NCBI GenBank assembly: GCA_963837955.1
Contig: CAWIPH010000002.1
Span: 3,616,001 to 3,680,000 of the forward strand
Direction: 5' to 3'
DNA length: 64,000 nucleotides
From: an uncultured Verrucomicrobiae bacterium
GTDB lineage: Bacteria; Verrucomicrobiota; Verrucomicrobiia; Chthoniobacterales; JAFAMB01
The first letter of the stretch is position 1; each line of letters starts with the position of its first letter. This document shows positions 19,504-29,659 of this stretch, piece by piece. Under the pieces are notes generated by a model, which saw only the letters and a list, made by a program, of their open reading frames with translations, made no database searches and was not told the DNA's origin. A program made the translations under genes and the position numbers.

Positions 19504-19860
19504 AACGCCCACAATCGGTAGGGCGAACGCTTTTGCGTGAGCCGCTCAGAGGTTCCCGGCTCAAATAAATTTTCGCCCTACCGGCGCTGGATCAACGCCC
19601 ACGATCGGTAGGGCGAACGCTTTGCGTGAGCCGCTCAGGCGTTCCCGGCTCAAATAAATTTTTGCCCTACCGGCGCTGGAACAATGCCCACGATCGGTAG
19701 GCGCCTGGATCAACGCCCACGATCGGTAGGGCGAACGCTCTTGCGTGAGCCGCTCAGGCGTTCCCGGCTCAAATAAATTTTCGCCCTACCGGCGCTCGAT
19801 CAACACCCACGACCGGATAGGGTGAACGCTTTTGCGTGAGCCGCTCAGGGGTCTCCGGCC
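19504..19860. repeat. Tandem array of ~90-bp GTAG REP-like hairpin units
   Basis: ggtagggcgaa...tgagccg...cggctca...ttcgccctacc at 19517, 19607, 19725; truncated or degenerate at 19696 and 19815. Confidence 0.9.
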
Positions 19861-19872
19861 CGTCGGTCGATC

Positions 19873-21900
19873 TCAGCGACCCCGCGCGATTGAATGCGCG
19901 AGGTCTACGAAGAGGCGCATTGCAGCGAAGTTAGCAACCGCTTCTTTACTCACTGCTCGATCGAGCGGTAGGCCCTGGAACAGGCGTTTGACCGGCACCT
20001 CGAGTTTTTTTCCGTTCAGAGTGTGAGGAATCTCACTTACCGCGAATATTTCGTCCGGAACGTATCTTGGCGATAAATCATGTCGAATCTGATCTGATAT
20101 TTTCTGACGGAGCGCATCGTCAAGTTGTATCCCCTGCCGCAACACGACGAATAGCAATAGTTTATCGACACAATTGCTCTCTCCCAGCTGATATCCGGTC
20201 GTGTCGATCACCAAAGATTCCACTATCTCCGGCAATGCTTCGACTACCTGATAAAACTCGCTTGTTCCCATCCGCACACCTCCCCGATTCAGAGTTGAGT
20301 CGGATCGGCCATAAATAATGCACTGACCATCAGCTTCGCTGATCTCAATCCAATCTCCGTGTCTCCAGATACCAGGATAATGATCAAAATAGCTCGACCT
20401 GAAACGATGCCCGTCCGGGTCATTCCAGAAAAAGACCGGCATGCAAGGGAAGGGCGCGGTAATCACCAGTTCTCCGACGGCGTCTTTAATGGAGCGTCCT
20501 CCATCATCCCAAGCTTCGATCTTCGCACCTAATCCGCGGCACTGGAGCCTGCCTCTTTGCACCGGTAACGAGGGATTGGACAGGAGAAAAGCTGTGCAGA
20601 CATCTGTGCCACCGCTAACCGATCCAAGCCAGACATTTGGTTTCACTTGCTGGTATACCCAGTCAAAACCCTCAGGCGGGAGTGGCGCTCCGGTCGATCC
20701 GATAGCCCGGAGCTTCGAGAGTCCAAGTTGGCGTCCCGGTTGCAGACCGGCTTTTGCGCACGCCAAAAGGAACGGCGCGCTGGTTCCGAAGTAATCAATC
20801 GCTTCTTCGTCCACAAAGCGCCAGAGAACCGACAGATCCGGGTATTTCGGACTTCCGTCATAAAGAACCACGCAAGTCTGCAAAGCCAATCCGGAGATGA
20901 GGAAATTCCACATCATCCAGCCGGCGGTTGTGTACCAAAAATATCGGTCACCTTTCCGCAGATCGAGGTGGAGCGACAATGCCTTGAGATGCTCCAGCAG
21001 CATGCCCCCATGACCATGGACAATCGGCTTCGGAATTCCGGTCGTTCCGGACGAACACAGGATCCAAAGCGGATGATCGAATGAGACCGGTTCGAAATTG
21101 AGGACCGGCTCAGGCTCGGTCTCTCTGAGCCAATTAGTCCAGGTCTCCGATGGAAGCGTCAGTTTGGGCAAATCGGATTCCTGCTCTGAATCAACGGAAA
21201 GGAGAACGACCCGCTCTAACGAAGGCAGCTGACGAACAATTTCGCTTACTACCTCTCGACGATCATAGCATTTCCCACCGTAGTAATAGCCGATGGTGGC
21301 CAACAGCAATTTCGGCTCAATCTGCCGGAGCCTTTCCACAACTCCGTTGCTCGACAATTCGGGTGGGGAATTAGCCCAAATCGCGCCCAGGCTCGCGCAA
21401 GCCAGGCAAGCGATCACGGTCTCTGGACGATTTGGAAGAAAGCCGGCGACGCGATCGCCTTTTCGGACGCCCGCGACACGTAACGCCTTGGCTGCTCTGG
21501 CCACCGCGCCGGCTATTTCTGATCCCGTGAGTTCTTGGCGCTCAAAACCCTGTTGGGATTCGCCACGAAAGAGGATAGCCGGATTCGATCCGGTCTTCCT
21601 TAGCGAGTCGACCAGGTATTCCGCGTAGTTGAGCGTTGCTCCCGGAAACCACTTCGCTCCGTAGGGGCTATTGCCAATTAGCAGATCACTAGGCTCGGTA
21701 TTAAATCGGACACCAAAAAAGTCGGCGATCGAACGCCAGAACGGCCCGATCTCAGTGATCGACCAATGATAGAGATCATCGTAGGTCGGAAAAACTCTAC
21801 CACAGCTTTCGGCTAACCAAGTTTGGTAGCGAAGCAAATTGCTGCTGATCCGAAGAGCTTCCGGTGGTCGCCAAAGGATGTCCGATGCAGTCGGATTCAT
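19873..21900 (-). CDS. Acetoacetate--CoA ligase
   Basis: WFPGATLNYAE, SSGTTGIPKPIVHGHGG, GWMMWNF, SGGTDVC, GRSDSTLNRGGVRMGT, GKKLEVPVKR. Confidence 0.92.
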   Translation of the reverse strand: MNPTASDILWRPPEALRISSNLLRYQTWLAESCGRVFPTYDDLYHWSITEIGPFWRSIADFFGVRFNTEPSDLLIGNSPYGAKWFPGATLNYAEYLVDSLRKTGSNPAILFRGESQQGFERQELTGSEIAGAVARAAKALRVAGVRKGDRVAGFLPNRPETVIACLACASLGAIWANSPPELSSNGVVERLRQIEPKLLLATIGYYYGGKCYDRREVVSEIVRQLPSLERVVLLSVDSEQESDLPKLTLPSETWTNWLRETEPEPVLNFEPVSFDHPLWILCSSGTTGIPKPIVHGHGGMLLEHLKALSLHLDLRKGDRYFWYTTAGWMMWNFLISGLALQTCVVLYDGSPKYPDLSVLWRFVDEEAIDYFGTSAPFLLACAKAGLQPGRQLGLSKLRAIGSTGAPLPPEGFDWVYQQVKPNVWLGSVSGGTDVCTAFLLSNPSLPVQRGRLQCRGLGAKIEAWDDGGRSIKDAVGELVITAPFPCMPVFFWNDPDGHRFRSSYFDHYPGIWRHGDWIEISEADGQCIIYGRSDSTLNRGGVRMGTSEFYQVVEALPEIVESLVIDTTGYQLGESNCVDKLLLFVVLRQGIQLDDALRQKISDQIRHDLSPRYVPDEIFAVSEIPHTLNGKKLEVPVKRLFQGLPLDRAVSKEAVANFAAMRLFVDLAHSIARGR

Positions 21901-22156
21901 GAGGTGTGTCGCGCCAGTCTGCAGCGTCTTTAACGAACATCCTAGCCGAAACATCCCAGAAATTCCAGATTCCGGAGGAGTACGAGTGGCTAGAGAATGA
22001 CAGCCGATGAGCGACCTACGGTTCCAACACGTTGGAGGACTTGCAGATACTTGCCCGATCTTGAGCGGGCCGGTTTGAGGTTGTAATCGGACAACGCTTC
22101 GTAGTAGCACTGGCGGAAATGGAGCTGATCCTCATATCCCTGCTGTTCTTGGTGCG

Positions 22157-22606
22157 ATGACCTCCACTCCTATGATCAAAGCCACTGGTAAACCAGGGAA
22201 ATTGGAATTAACGGCCAACGGAGCCCCGGTCACGTCGTTGCGAGATGATGAAATGTCCTTCCAGCTGGGCGAAAAGATTTTTACCATTACCCGCAAAGGA
22301 GTCGTCGGTCCGAAATTCGAATTGTGGTCAGGGAACAATCTAACTGTTTCACTCAAACAAATACCTTTCCTAAATCGATATTCCGTGACCTATGCAGGTC
22401 AGGTATGGACCCTGAAGGCCATGGGATTCACCGAGAAGAATTACCGCCTCTACCGAGACGCGGAACAAGTCGGCAGAGTTTCAACAAGCTATTTTAATCC
22501 CTACAAGGAGATTCTCATCGACCTGCCGGGCGAACTTCCGATGGAAGCGCAGGCGTTTGTCATGTGGTTGATTTTGCGGAACTGGAGCGACACTAGCAGC
22601 GGCTAA
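22157..22606 (+). CDS. Hypothetical protein (beta-rich)
   Basis: 149-aa ORF filling an intergenic gap; no motif recognised. Confidence 0.65.
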   Translation: MTSTPMIKATGKPGKLELTANGAPVTSLRDDEMSFQLGEKIFTITRKGVVGPKFELWSGNNLTVSLKQIPFLNRYSVTYAGQVWTLKAMGFTEKNYRLYRDAEQVGRVSTSYFNPYKEILIDLPGELPMEAQAFVMWLILRNWSDTSSG

Positions 22607-22672
22607 GGCTCTTCACCCAAAAGACTCAAAACGCGGCATTCAGCAGCCTACTGGTCAAATCGGCAGGTCGCG

Positions 22673-23614
22673 TCAGTTCGGATCTGAGAGTCGTCGTCTG
22701 AGGAGCTCGCTGTTGCGTCGACCAATGACTTCCCGTGCCCGCTCGGGAGACCAAGCGTAAAATCCTTTGCCCGAGCGCAGCCCAACGTCTCCGGCTACAA
22801 CGCGCGAACGCATTAGTTCCAAAACGTCCTCGTCTTTGGCGAGTTCTGGCATCAAGTGCGAGGCTATCGCCAGAAAAGTATCCAGACCGCCAAGATCAGC
22901 AGTTTCTATCGGCCCGACTGTCGTGTACCGGCGACCGAGAGATGCCTTCATCACCGTATCGACTGCTTCCGGCGTAGCTGCCCCGGAACGGACTATAGCA
23001 AGCGCCTCACGGAGGATCGCATACTGCAGGCGATTACCGATAAACCCGGGAATTTCCTTTTCGACCAACACCGGCTCGGCTCGAATTGCGCGCAGCAGCC
23101 CAATTGTTCGCTCGACGACCTCCCGCGATGTGCGCTGGGATGGCACCACCTCTACCAAAGGAACCCCATGAGGCGGATTCCAGAAATGTGCAACGATGAA
23201 ACGTTCGGGATGCACCAGAGATTCCGAAAGCTTCGAAGGCATGAAACCCGAGGTATTGCTGGCCAGGATCGCCTGCTTTTCCATCACGGTCTCTAGTTCC
23301 CGATAAAGCGTCTGCTTGATCTCGAGCACCTCTGGGACGGCTTCAACAATGAATTCAGCGTCCTTGAGTTCGGCGAGGTTAGAAACCGGTTTCACCCGAG
23401 TCGATGTCTCCGTCCCTGAAAGGCAAGTCAAACCCGCTGTGCGCAATTCTTCGCAGATCTCAGCGATTCGTTCTCTGGCCTCTTTGAGCCGCTTCTCATC
23501 TTGGTCGAACAGAGCAACCTTGTGACCGGCGGCTACAAACACTGCCGCGATACCTGAACCCATCAGGCCCGTACCGACAACGCCAACAAGAGAGATCTGC
23601 GCAGAATACTCCAT
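22673..23614 (-). CDS. 3-hydroxyacyl-CoA dehydrogenase family protein
   Basis: GTGLMGSGIA, EAVPE..EIK, ASNTS, HFWNPP, PGFIGNRLQ. Confidence 0.92.
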   Translation of the reverse strand: MEYSAQISLVGVVGTGLMGSGIAAVFVAAGHKVALFDQDEKRLKEARERIAEICEELRTAGLTCLSGTETSTRVKPVSNLAELKDAEFIVEAVPEVLEIKQTLYRELETVMEKQAILASNTSGFMPSKLSESLVHPERFIVAHFWNPPHGVPLVEVVPSQRTSREVVERTIGLLRAIRAEPVLVEKEIPGFIGNRLQYAILREALAIVRSGAATPEAVDTVMKASLGRRYTTVGPIETADLGGLDTFLAIASHLMPELAKDEDVLELMRSRVVAGDVGLRSGKGFYAWSPERAREVIGRRNSELLRRRLSDPN

Positions 23615-23712
23615 AAGGAAATCCGAAAGAAGGTAAGATGAAGGCAGCCTATTTTCGCTCCGGCTGAAGTCAACCGTCGACACCAATTCATCGGGCTGAT
23701 GGATTCGCGCGG

Positions 23713-24150
23713 TCAGCCACGGCGCCGGCCGAGGACAAATACACCATCCCGATAATGGAAACCCTGGCGGAGGAAAATAATGACCGTGGAGGTGAAGACG
23801 ATTGGAGCTGGCCAGATCGTCAGCCAAAGCAGCGGCTCTGCGCTGTAGGCAGCCTTAACTACACCCAAAGCCACGAGCACAGAGCAGACGATCCAAACAC
23901 ACGCCTCGATGGTAAGACTACCGCACTGAGCTGCTGACCTGCCTTTTTTGCTGCAATAGCCAATGACTTCGGCGGGAGCGGTCCTTGATCGTACCTCGCG
24001 TTTTTGCCTTTGTCGCTGATTCCAGAGGACCGAAAAAGGCTTAATCAGAGACAAATCATTCCTTTCCGATTCAGGACCCGCTTGGAACAACCTTCGGAGC
24101 CCCGCTTTCGCCCCTTCGGCATCTAATATTAGGCTGATGTAGGAGTTCAT
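23713..24150 (-). CDS. Possible small membrane protein
   Basis: 145-aa ORF with two C-terminal hydrophobic segments; no motif. Confidence 0.4.
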   Translation of the reverse strand: MNSYISLILDAEGAKAGLRRLFQAGPESERNDLSLIKPFSVLWNQRQRQKREVRSRTAPAEVIGYCSKKGRSAAQCGSLTIEACVWIVCSVLVALGVVKAAYSAEPLLWLTIWPAPIVFTSTVIIFLRQGFHYRDGVFVLGRRRG

Positions 24151-24449
24151 TTTGTGGGTGTCGCATTTCTAAGAGTGCGCCCGCTAAAGCAGTCCTACCT
24201 GATTACACGTAGGGCTCCCAATTGAACGCTGCGAGGAACGTATTCCGGGGGAGTGACAACACTATGTCAGTAGACCTGGATTTGATCCCTCTCCTCTGAA
24301 AGTCTCTAAAAGTGCCGGTTCCCGTACGACGTAAATTGGCCTCATCGTTTTCTGGTTGACGCAGAGATGATCACGCTATTGCGGGAAGACTTTGACCTCC
24401 GTTTTGACATCGCCTGCGAAACGGTTTTCACGTAATCTCCGAATTCCCT

Positions 24450-25838
24450 ATGTCCGATGCTCCTGTTACTCCCCCTTCCGGATTGACTCAGGAAAGGAAC
24501 ATCCTGAATCGAATCACCGCGTTTTTCGTGTACCTGTTCGAACGGATAACGCCCGATCCATATATTTTTGCGGTTGTCCTAACTATCGTGACCGCTCTGC
24601 TTGCTGCAGCGCTCGCACCGAAAGGCTCTGCGCCGGAAATTCTTAGCGGGTGGTACACCGGGCTGTTCGAGATACTCGCGTTCGCTTTTCAGATGGTCCT
24701 GGTCTTGGTCACGGGCTACGCTCTCTCCAATTCTCGTCCGGTTCGCCGGTTTCTCGACTGGCTGGCTTCTCTGCCGAAAAGTCGAAGCGCTGCCATCGTC
24801 CTAACGATCGTAGCGGTGATGATCACCAGTTTCGTAAATTGGGGCTGCGGTCTGGTCGTCGCCGGTCTGCTTTCTCGCGAAATCGCTAAGCGGATGCGCA
24901 TCGACTTCGGCTGGCTCGTTGCCGGCGCATATAGCGGGTGGATCATTTGGGCGAGCGGGTTCTCCAGTTCGATCGCGTTAGCCCAAGCGACGCCTGGCTC
25001 AGCGTTGAATCTAGTGCAAAAGGTAACCGGCCAGATCATACCACTTGGTGACATGATTTTTGCGCCCTTCAATTGGGTGCCCGTAGTTGTTCTACTCATT
25101 CTGCTGCCACTTCTTTATTGGGCGATTCAGCCCACGGAGCGAGACACCGTAGCGGCTGACTCCGAAAGGCTGAAGGCAGAAGACATTATAGCTCCCTCGA
25201 GCCAGGAGAATCCGACCATCGCGCGCCGTTTAGAGCACGCCTGGATTTTGAATTTAATTCTAGTCGGAGCCGGGATAGCGGTCCTGGCAATCAACTGGTC
25301 CAAAACCGGCCCTACGCTCGATATAAATTCAGTGATATTTCTTTTTTTACTGGCTGGATTGCTGCTGCACTGGACTCCAATCAACTATGTCCAGGCCGTT
25401 AACCAAGCTGCGCGAGTGACCGGTCCGTTAATTCTTCAATATCCCCTTTACGGTGGGATCATGGGAATCATGAAAGCGACCGGATTAGCGGATGTGATTG
25501 CGAAAGCTTTTGTTAGTTTTTCCTCCGCCCACACTCTTCCTTTTTGGAACTTCATAGCTTCGATCATCATCAGTCTTTTCATCCCAAGTGGCGGCGGACA
25601 TTGGGCCGTCCAAGGCACGTTCACCGTGAAAGCTGCGGCTGAATTGCACGCGTCGCAGGCAGCGACCGCCATGGCTGTTGCCATGGGTGAACAAGTGGCA
25701 AACATGATCCAACCGTTCTGGGCCCTTCCGGTACTCGCTATCGCCGGCATTAGTCTACGCCGCGTAATGGGATTTACCGTAATGTCGTTTTTGATCGGTG
25801 CGGTGGTGTTCGGGTTGGCGCTGTTGCTGTTGGTTTGA
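24450..25838 (+). CDS. atoE: Short-chain fatty acid transporter (AtoE family)
   Basis: PDPYIFA, LAFAFQMVLVLVTG, FIPSGGGHWAVQG, NMIQPFWALPVLAIAG. Confidence 0.92.
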   Translation: MSDAPVTPPSGLTQERNILNRITAFFVYLFERITPDPYIFAVVLTIVTALLAAALAPKGSAPEILSGWYTGLFEILAFAFQMVLVLVTGYALSNSRPVRRFLDWLASLPKSRSAAIVLTIVAVMITSFVNWGCGLVVAGLLSREIAKRMRIDFGWLVAGAYSGWIIWASGFSSSIALAQATPGSALNLVQKVTGQIIPLGDMIFAPFNWVPVVVLLILLPLLYWAIQPTERDTVAADSERLKAEDIIAPSSQENPTIARRLEHAWILNLILVGAGIAVLAINWSKTGPTLDINSVIFLFLLAGLLLHWTPINYVQAVNQAARVTGPLILQYPLYGGIMGIMKATGLADVIAKAFVSFSSAHTLPFWNFIASIIISLFIPSGGGHWAVQGTFTVKAAAELHASQAATAMAVAMGEQVANMIQPFWALPVLAIAGISLRRVMGFTVMSFLIGAVVFGLALLLLV

Positions 25839-25839
25839 G

Positions 25840-26219
25840 GTTCTACAGGAGGACGCGGAGAAAGATTTTTGAACAAAGAGATCGCTAAGGTCTCAGAGAG
25901 TAGTCTGGTTCGAATAGTCCTCTGCGGCGGAAGAGTTTCAACTCTACGGTATCACAAAGGTGCTCGCCGCCGAAGATTCTCGTCGTCCTCGTGCTCGTCG
26001 TCGTCCTCGAATTGTGTCTTACCCGTCATAGGGCGAAAAACGGGCGGCAAAGTAGCCTGATGCTCAAGCCTCAGGAAACTGACGCGCTGCCAGCCTGGGG
26101 TTCGACCGAACTTTTACGGACGCATTGCGCGCAGGGACCTGAGGCTGGCGCATCAGGTACACTCTGAGACCTTCGCGATCTCTTTGTTTAAAATCTTTCT
26201 TCGCGTCCTCCTGTAGAAC
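25840..26219. repeat. ~62-bp imperfect inverted repeat enclosing further repeats, between convergent genes
   Basis: gttctacaggaggacgcggagaaagatttttgaacaaagagatcgctaaggtctcagag mirrored at 26158-26219; inner gtagcctgatgc...gcatcaggtac 26052-26160. Confidence 0.85.
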
Positions 26220-26231
26220 TCGCGTCCCGAT

Positions 26232-26999
26232 TCACGTCGCGTGGAATCCGCCGTCGACCTGCAGTGCGAGCGCGTTCAACATACCGGCGCTGTCGCTCAG
26301 CAAGAAGCAGATCACGGACGCGATATCGCTACATTCCGCAAAACGATTGAGAGGTATACGTTGTAACATGGGTCCGCCCTTGGCCGGATCGCTCCAGGCG
26401 CGTTTACCCATCTCAGTCATTACCACAGTCGGGTTGACCGAATTAACCCGGACGCCGTATTCACCTAACTCTACCGCCATTACTTTTGTTAACTGATCCA
26501 ATCCGGCTTTGGACGTGCAATAGGCAGCGTGATCCGGTAGCGCTTGAAATGCCGCCATGCTCGAAACGTTGACGATGGCACCGGCTACACCGCGTCTGAT
26601 CATCTGCTTGGCAATCACCTGGCTCACGATGACAATGGCTCGGAGATTTACCGCCATGGTTGCGTCCCAGGCCTCTGGAGTCGTCTCCAGAAACGGCTGC
26701 AAAACCGCGATGGCAGCGTTGTTCACTAACAGATCGATGTCGCCCGCTTGCTCCGCAGCCCGTTTGGCGGCCACCGCATCGCCCAAGTCCGCAATGATAG
26801 TCTCGCAGCCTATCTCGTCCTGCAGGCTTTTCAGATCAGTTTCCGTACGACTGACGGCAACTACTTCGGCGTGATACTTAGCTAACATTACCGCCGTGTC
26901 ACGACCAATGCCCTTTCCTGCTCCGGTCACCAGCACCCGGCGATTTTTGAAATCAATGTTTACGGTAGAGGCCTCGAGGGACATCCCCGACTTTAACAT
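26232..26999 (-). CDS. SDR family oxidoreductase, L-xylulose/dicarbonyl reductase (DCXR)-like
   Basis: TGAGKGIG, NNAA, YCTSK, VNPTVVMTEMG..WSDP. Confidence 0.88.
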   Translation of the reverse strand: MLKSGMSLEASTVNIDFKNRRVLVTGAGKGIGRDTAVMLAKYHAEVVAVSRTETDLKSLQDEIGCETIIADLGDAVAAKRAAEQAGDIDLLVNNAAIAVLQPFLETTPEAWDATMAVNLRAIVIVSQVIAKQMIRRGVAGAIVNVSSMAAFQALPDHAAYCTSKAGLDQLTKVMAVELGEYGVRVNSVNPTVVMTEMGKRAWSDPAKGGPMLQRIPLNRFAECSDIASVICFLLSDSAGMLNALALQVDGGFHAT

Positions 27000-27052
27000 G
27001 AATTTCTCGTTGTCCAGAAAGATTCGGGCTGCGCGTTAGCTCGCCAAATACT

Positions 27053-27148
27053 CAGCGCTGGAACAATGCCCACGATCAGTAGGGCGAACGCTTTGGCCTG
27101 AGCCGCTCAGGGGTTCCCGGCTCAAATAAATTTTCGCCCTACCGGCGC
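27053..27148. repeat. Single copy of the ~90-bp GTAG hairpin unit
   Basis: Nearly identical to the units at 19504-19860. Confidence 0.85.
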
Positions 27149-27162
27149 CCGAAGTTGCGCGA

Positions 27163-28143
27163 TCACACCGCAAAAAAGAAGCGCACGATATGAAAAAAAA
27201 TCGGCGCGGAAAACGACAACGAGTCTAACCGGTCCAATGCACCGCCATGTCCAGCGATCGCCCGGCCCCAATCTTTAGCTCCCAGACTTCGTTTAACCGC
27301 AGAAAGAACAAGGCCTCCGGCAAAACCGGCAACGACGATGAGCAGGGAGAAAGCAAATGCTTGGATCGGATTAAAAGGAGTGATCCACCACAGGAGACCG
27401 CCACACAGCGTAGCGCCGAGTCCGCCCCAAACTAAACCCTCCACAGTTTTGGAAGGACTGATCGTCCGCGCAATCGGTGTCCGACCAAACAGCTTGCCGA
27501 AGACATATTGGAGGACGTCGCTCACCTGGGTGACGAAAACCAAGAAAAATAGCAGCAGCCCGTTCTGTCTGGGGTAATTCGGAATCGTCAACAAAAACAG
27601 CGCCGGGGCGTGGCTGACACAATATACGGTCAGGATCAGACCCCATTGGGTCTTGGCGATCCGCTCTAGAAAATGCGACGTGTCTTGGCGAAGCACCGGA
27701 AAGATTGGAAGGATCAGGAAGCTGTAGACCGGCACCATAATCGCGAATAGCCCATACCAGTGCAACGCGATCAGCAAATACTGGAAAGGCAGCACGAGCA
27801 AGAACGCTACCGCCATTGCCATGTGGTCGCCGGTTTCAGTTATGGAGAGGGTGAGGAACTCCCGCAGCGCAAGAAAGGAACCAACCGCGAACAGAATTAC
27901 CGTGGCAGCCGATCCGAGCACAAACGAGAGAGCAAAAAGGGAAACCAGAATCCACCATGTGTTCAACCGGGCGACTAAGTTATCCAGAACGGCCTTGGTT
28001 TTTGGCTCCTGCCGATTCGGCAAAAAAGAACATAAGAAACGAGTGATCGCGGTGGCTAGGACCAGCAGCGTAAAAACAATGATAACTACTAGTCCGAATT
28101 TATCACCGGCGTTCGCGAGCAAGTCCGTGATCGCCTTGTTCAT
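27163..28143 (-). CDS. Phosphatidate cytidylyltransferase family (YnbB/CdsA-like)
   Basis: SDVLQYVFGKLFG, SPSKTVEG, KDWG..IAGHGGALDRLDS. Confidence 0.9.
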   Translation of the reverse strand: MNKAITDLLANAGDKFGLVVIIVFTLLVLATAITRFLCSFLPNRQEPKTKAVLDNLVARLNTWWILVSLFALSFVLGSAATVILFAVGSFLALREFLTLSITETGDHMAMAVAFLLVLPFQYLLIALHWYGLFAIMVPVYSFLILPIFPVLRQDTSHFLERIAKTQWGLILTVYCVSHAPALFLLTIPNYPRQNGLLLFFLVFVTQVSDVLQYVFGKLFGRTPIARTISPSKTVEGLVWGGLGATLCGGLLWWITPFNPIQAFAFSLLIVVAGFAGGLVLSAVKRSLGAKDWGRAIAGHGGALDRLDSLSFSAPIFFHIVRFFFAV

Positions 28144-28407
28144 TTCGAACAAATGGAAGCGAACGAATAGGACGTCGCATCGATAAAAATAAACATCCAA
28201 TCGATTACACTGATACTTTCCGATCTACGGCTCAGCGCACCAATGAGTGACCGAAATGTCACGAAAAAGTAACAGTCCCGGGCGCTCACTTTCCGGAATA
28301 GCGGTTTATCGTGTCCAAGTTTCGGAGGTGAACCACCATCTGCGGACGAAAGAGCTCTTTATAACCGTGGCTGGCGGCGACCTTCAAAGACTAAACCCTC
28401 TAAAACT

Positions 28408-29478
28408 ATGTACAGAAGTACAAATGGATTCACGCCCTTCAAGGGCCTCAAAAAACTGGCGATCGCCTCGGTGATCGTTGCATCCGCCCTGTGCGCTGAA
28501 GCGCAAGTTGCGAACCTTCCGTATACCGTATCGCTTTTCGCGGCTGCGCCCGTTGGCCTAAGTAATCCGGATTCCATCACCATTGCGAATGGAAAGATCT
28601 ACGTTGTTTACGCGAACGGCACGCAGCCAGACGGTAGCGGCGGCTTTAGTTCCATCGTGGAATACACCCTGGACGGCGTAATGCAGCGCACCTTTAACGT
28701 ACTGGGGAAGGCCGACGGACTGAAGTTTAATCCCTTTACTCGTAAGCTTTGGGCGTTGCGGGACGAGGATTCCAATCCAGCCCTGACGACCATCGATCCA
28801 ATATCCGGAGAAGAAATCGACTATACTTACTCTCAGACGCCACCTCACGGCGGCGGCTATGATGACGTCGTCTTCTTCAAAGAAGATGAAACGTTCATCA
28901 GCGCTTCGAATCCCAATCCTCTCCAACCGCCGACACCGACTACACCAAACGGCCAAAATATTTTCCCTTCCATTGTCAAAGCGCACCTCTCCGGAAATCA
29001 GGTTTCTGCGCAACCCGTCCTGCAAGGTGACGCATCACTCATCGATATTGCGACAGGCCAGAAAGTTGTTGCCCAGCAGTCTGATCCGGACTCGCTGAAG
29101 GTCGATGCCGCAAACGACCTGGTCCTCTCCAGCCAAGCGGATGGCGACCTAATTTTTATCAACCATCCCGGAGCCAAGGACCAAGCTGGCCTACGCCTGC
29201 ACCTGAGCAACGGTACCGCCAACCAGATCACGGTTGATGACACTGTTTTCCCGACCACCCCGTCCGGAACCATTCTGGTCGTCGATACAAAGGCGGGCGC
29301 AGTTTATGCAGTAACGAGCGACGCGTTCCAACCGGGTGGAGCTTACTCGGCGAGTGACAGCGATGGCATTCTTGGCAAGGTGGATCTCAGTACCGGATTA
29401 GTAACTCCTATCGTCACCGGTATGCAGTCCCCACATGGCGCTCTGTTCATCCCGAAATCGCAAGACGACGTTCATTGA
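28408..29478 (+). CDS. Secreted hypothetical protein, probable beta-propeller
   Basis: Signal peptide (..ALCAEA/Q); repeated PDS/ADG/DDVVF/DDTVF blade-like motifs. Confidence 0.75.
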   Translation: MYRSTNGFTPFKGLKKLAIASVIVASALCAEAQVANLPYTVSLFAAAPVGLSNPDSITIANGKIYVVYANGTQPDGSGGFSSIVEYTLDGVMQRTFNVLGKADGLKFNPFTRKLWALRDEDSNPALTTIDPISGEEIDYTYSQTPPHGGGYDDVVFFKEDETFISASNPNPLQPPTPTTPNGQNIFPSIVKAHLSGNQVSAQPVLQGDASLIDIATGQKVVAQQSDPDSLKVDAANDLVLSSQADGDLIFINHPGAKDQAGLRLHLSNGTANQITVDDTVFPTTPSGTILVVDTKAGAVYAVTSDAFQPGGAYSASDSDGILGKVDLSTGLVTPIVTGMQSPHGALFIPKSQDDVH

Positions 29479-29659
29479 TTCACGATCAGGCGACAGACAG
29501 GTGACAATAGTTCTTGAGGAAGCGGAGGTGGCAGCGTTTGCCGCGCTACTACAGAACAATTGAGCCTGGATTTCGCATGAGGAGAAAAATCTACCGCGGT
29601 GGCAGCTTGAACTCTCAAGCTGCCCGCGGAACAAAGACCAGACACCCCTTCGTGCCTCT

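Noticed and set aside
19504..19860. CRISPR array
   Set aside because: Whole ~90-bp units repeat with no unique spacers, and there are no cas genes in the window.
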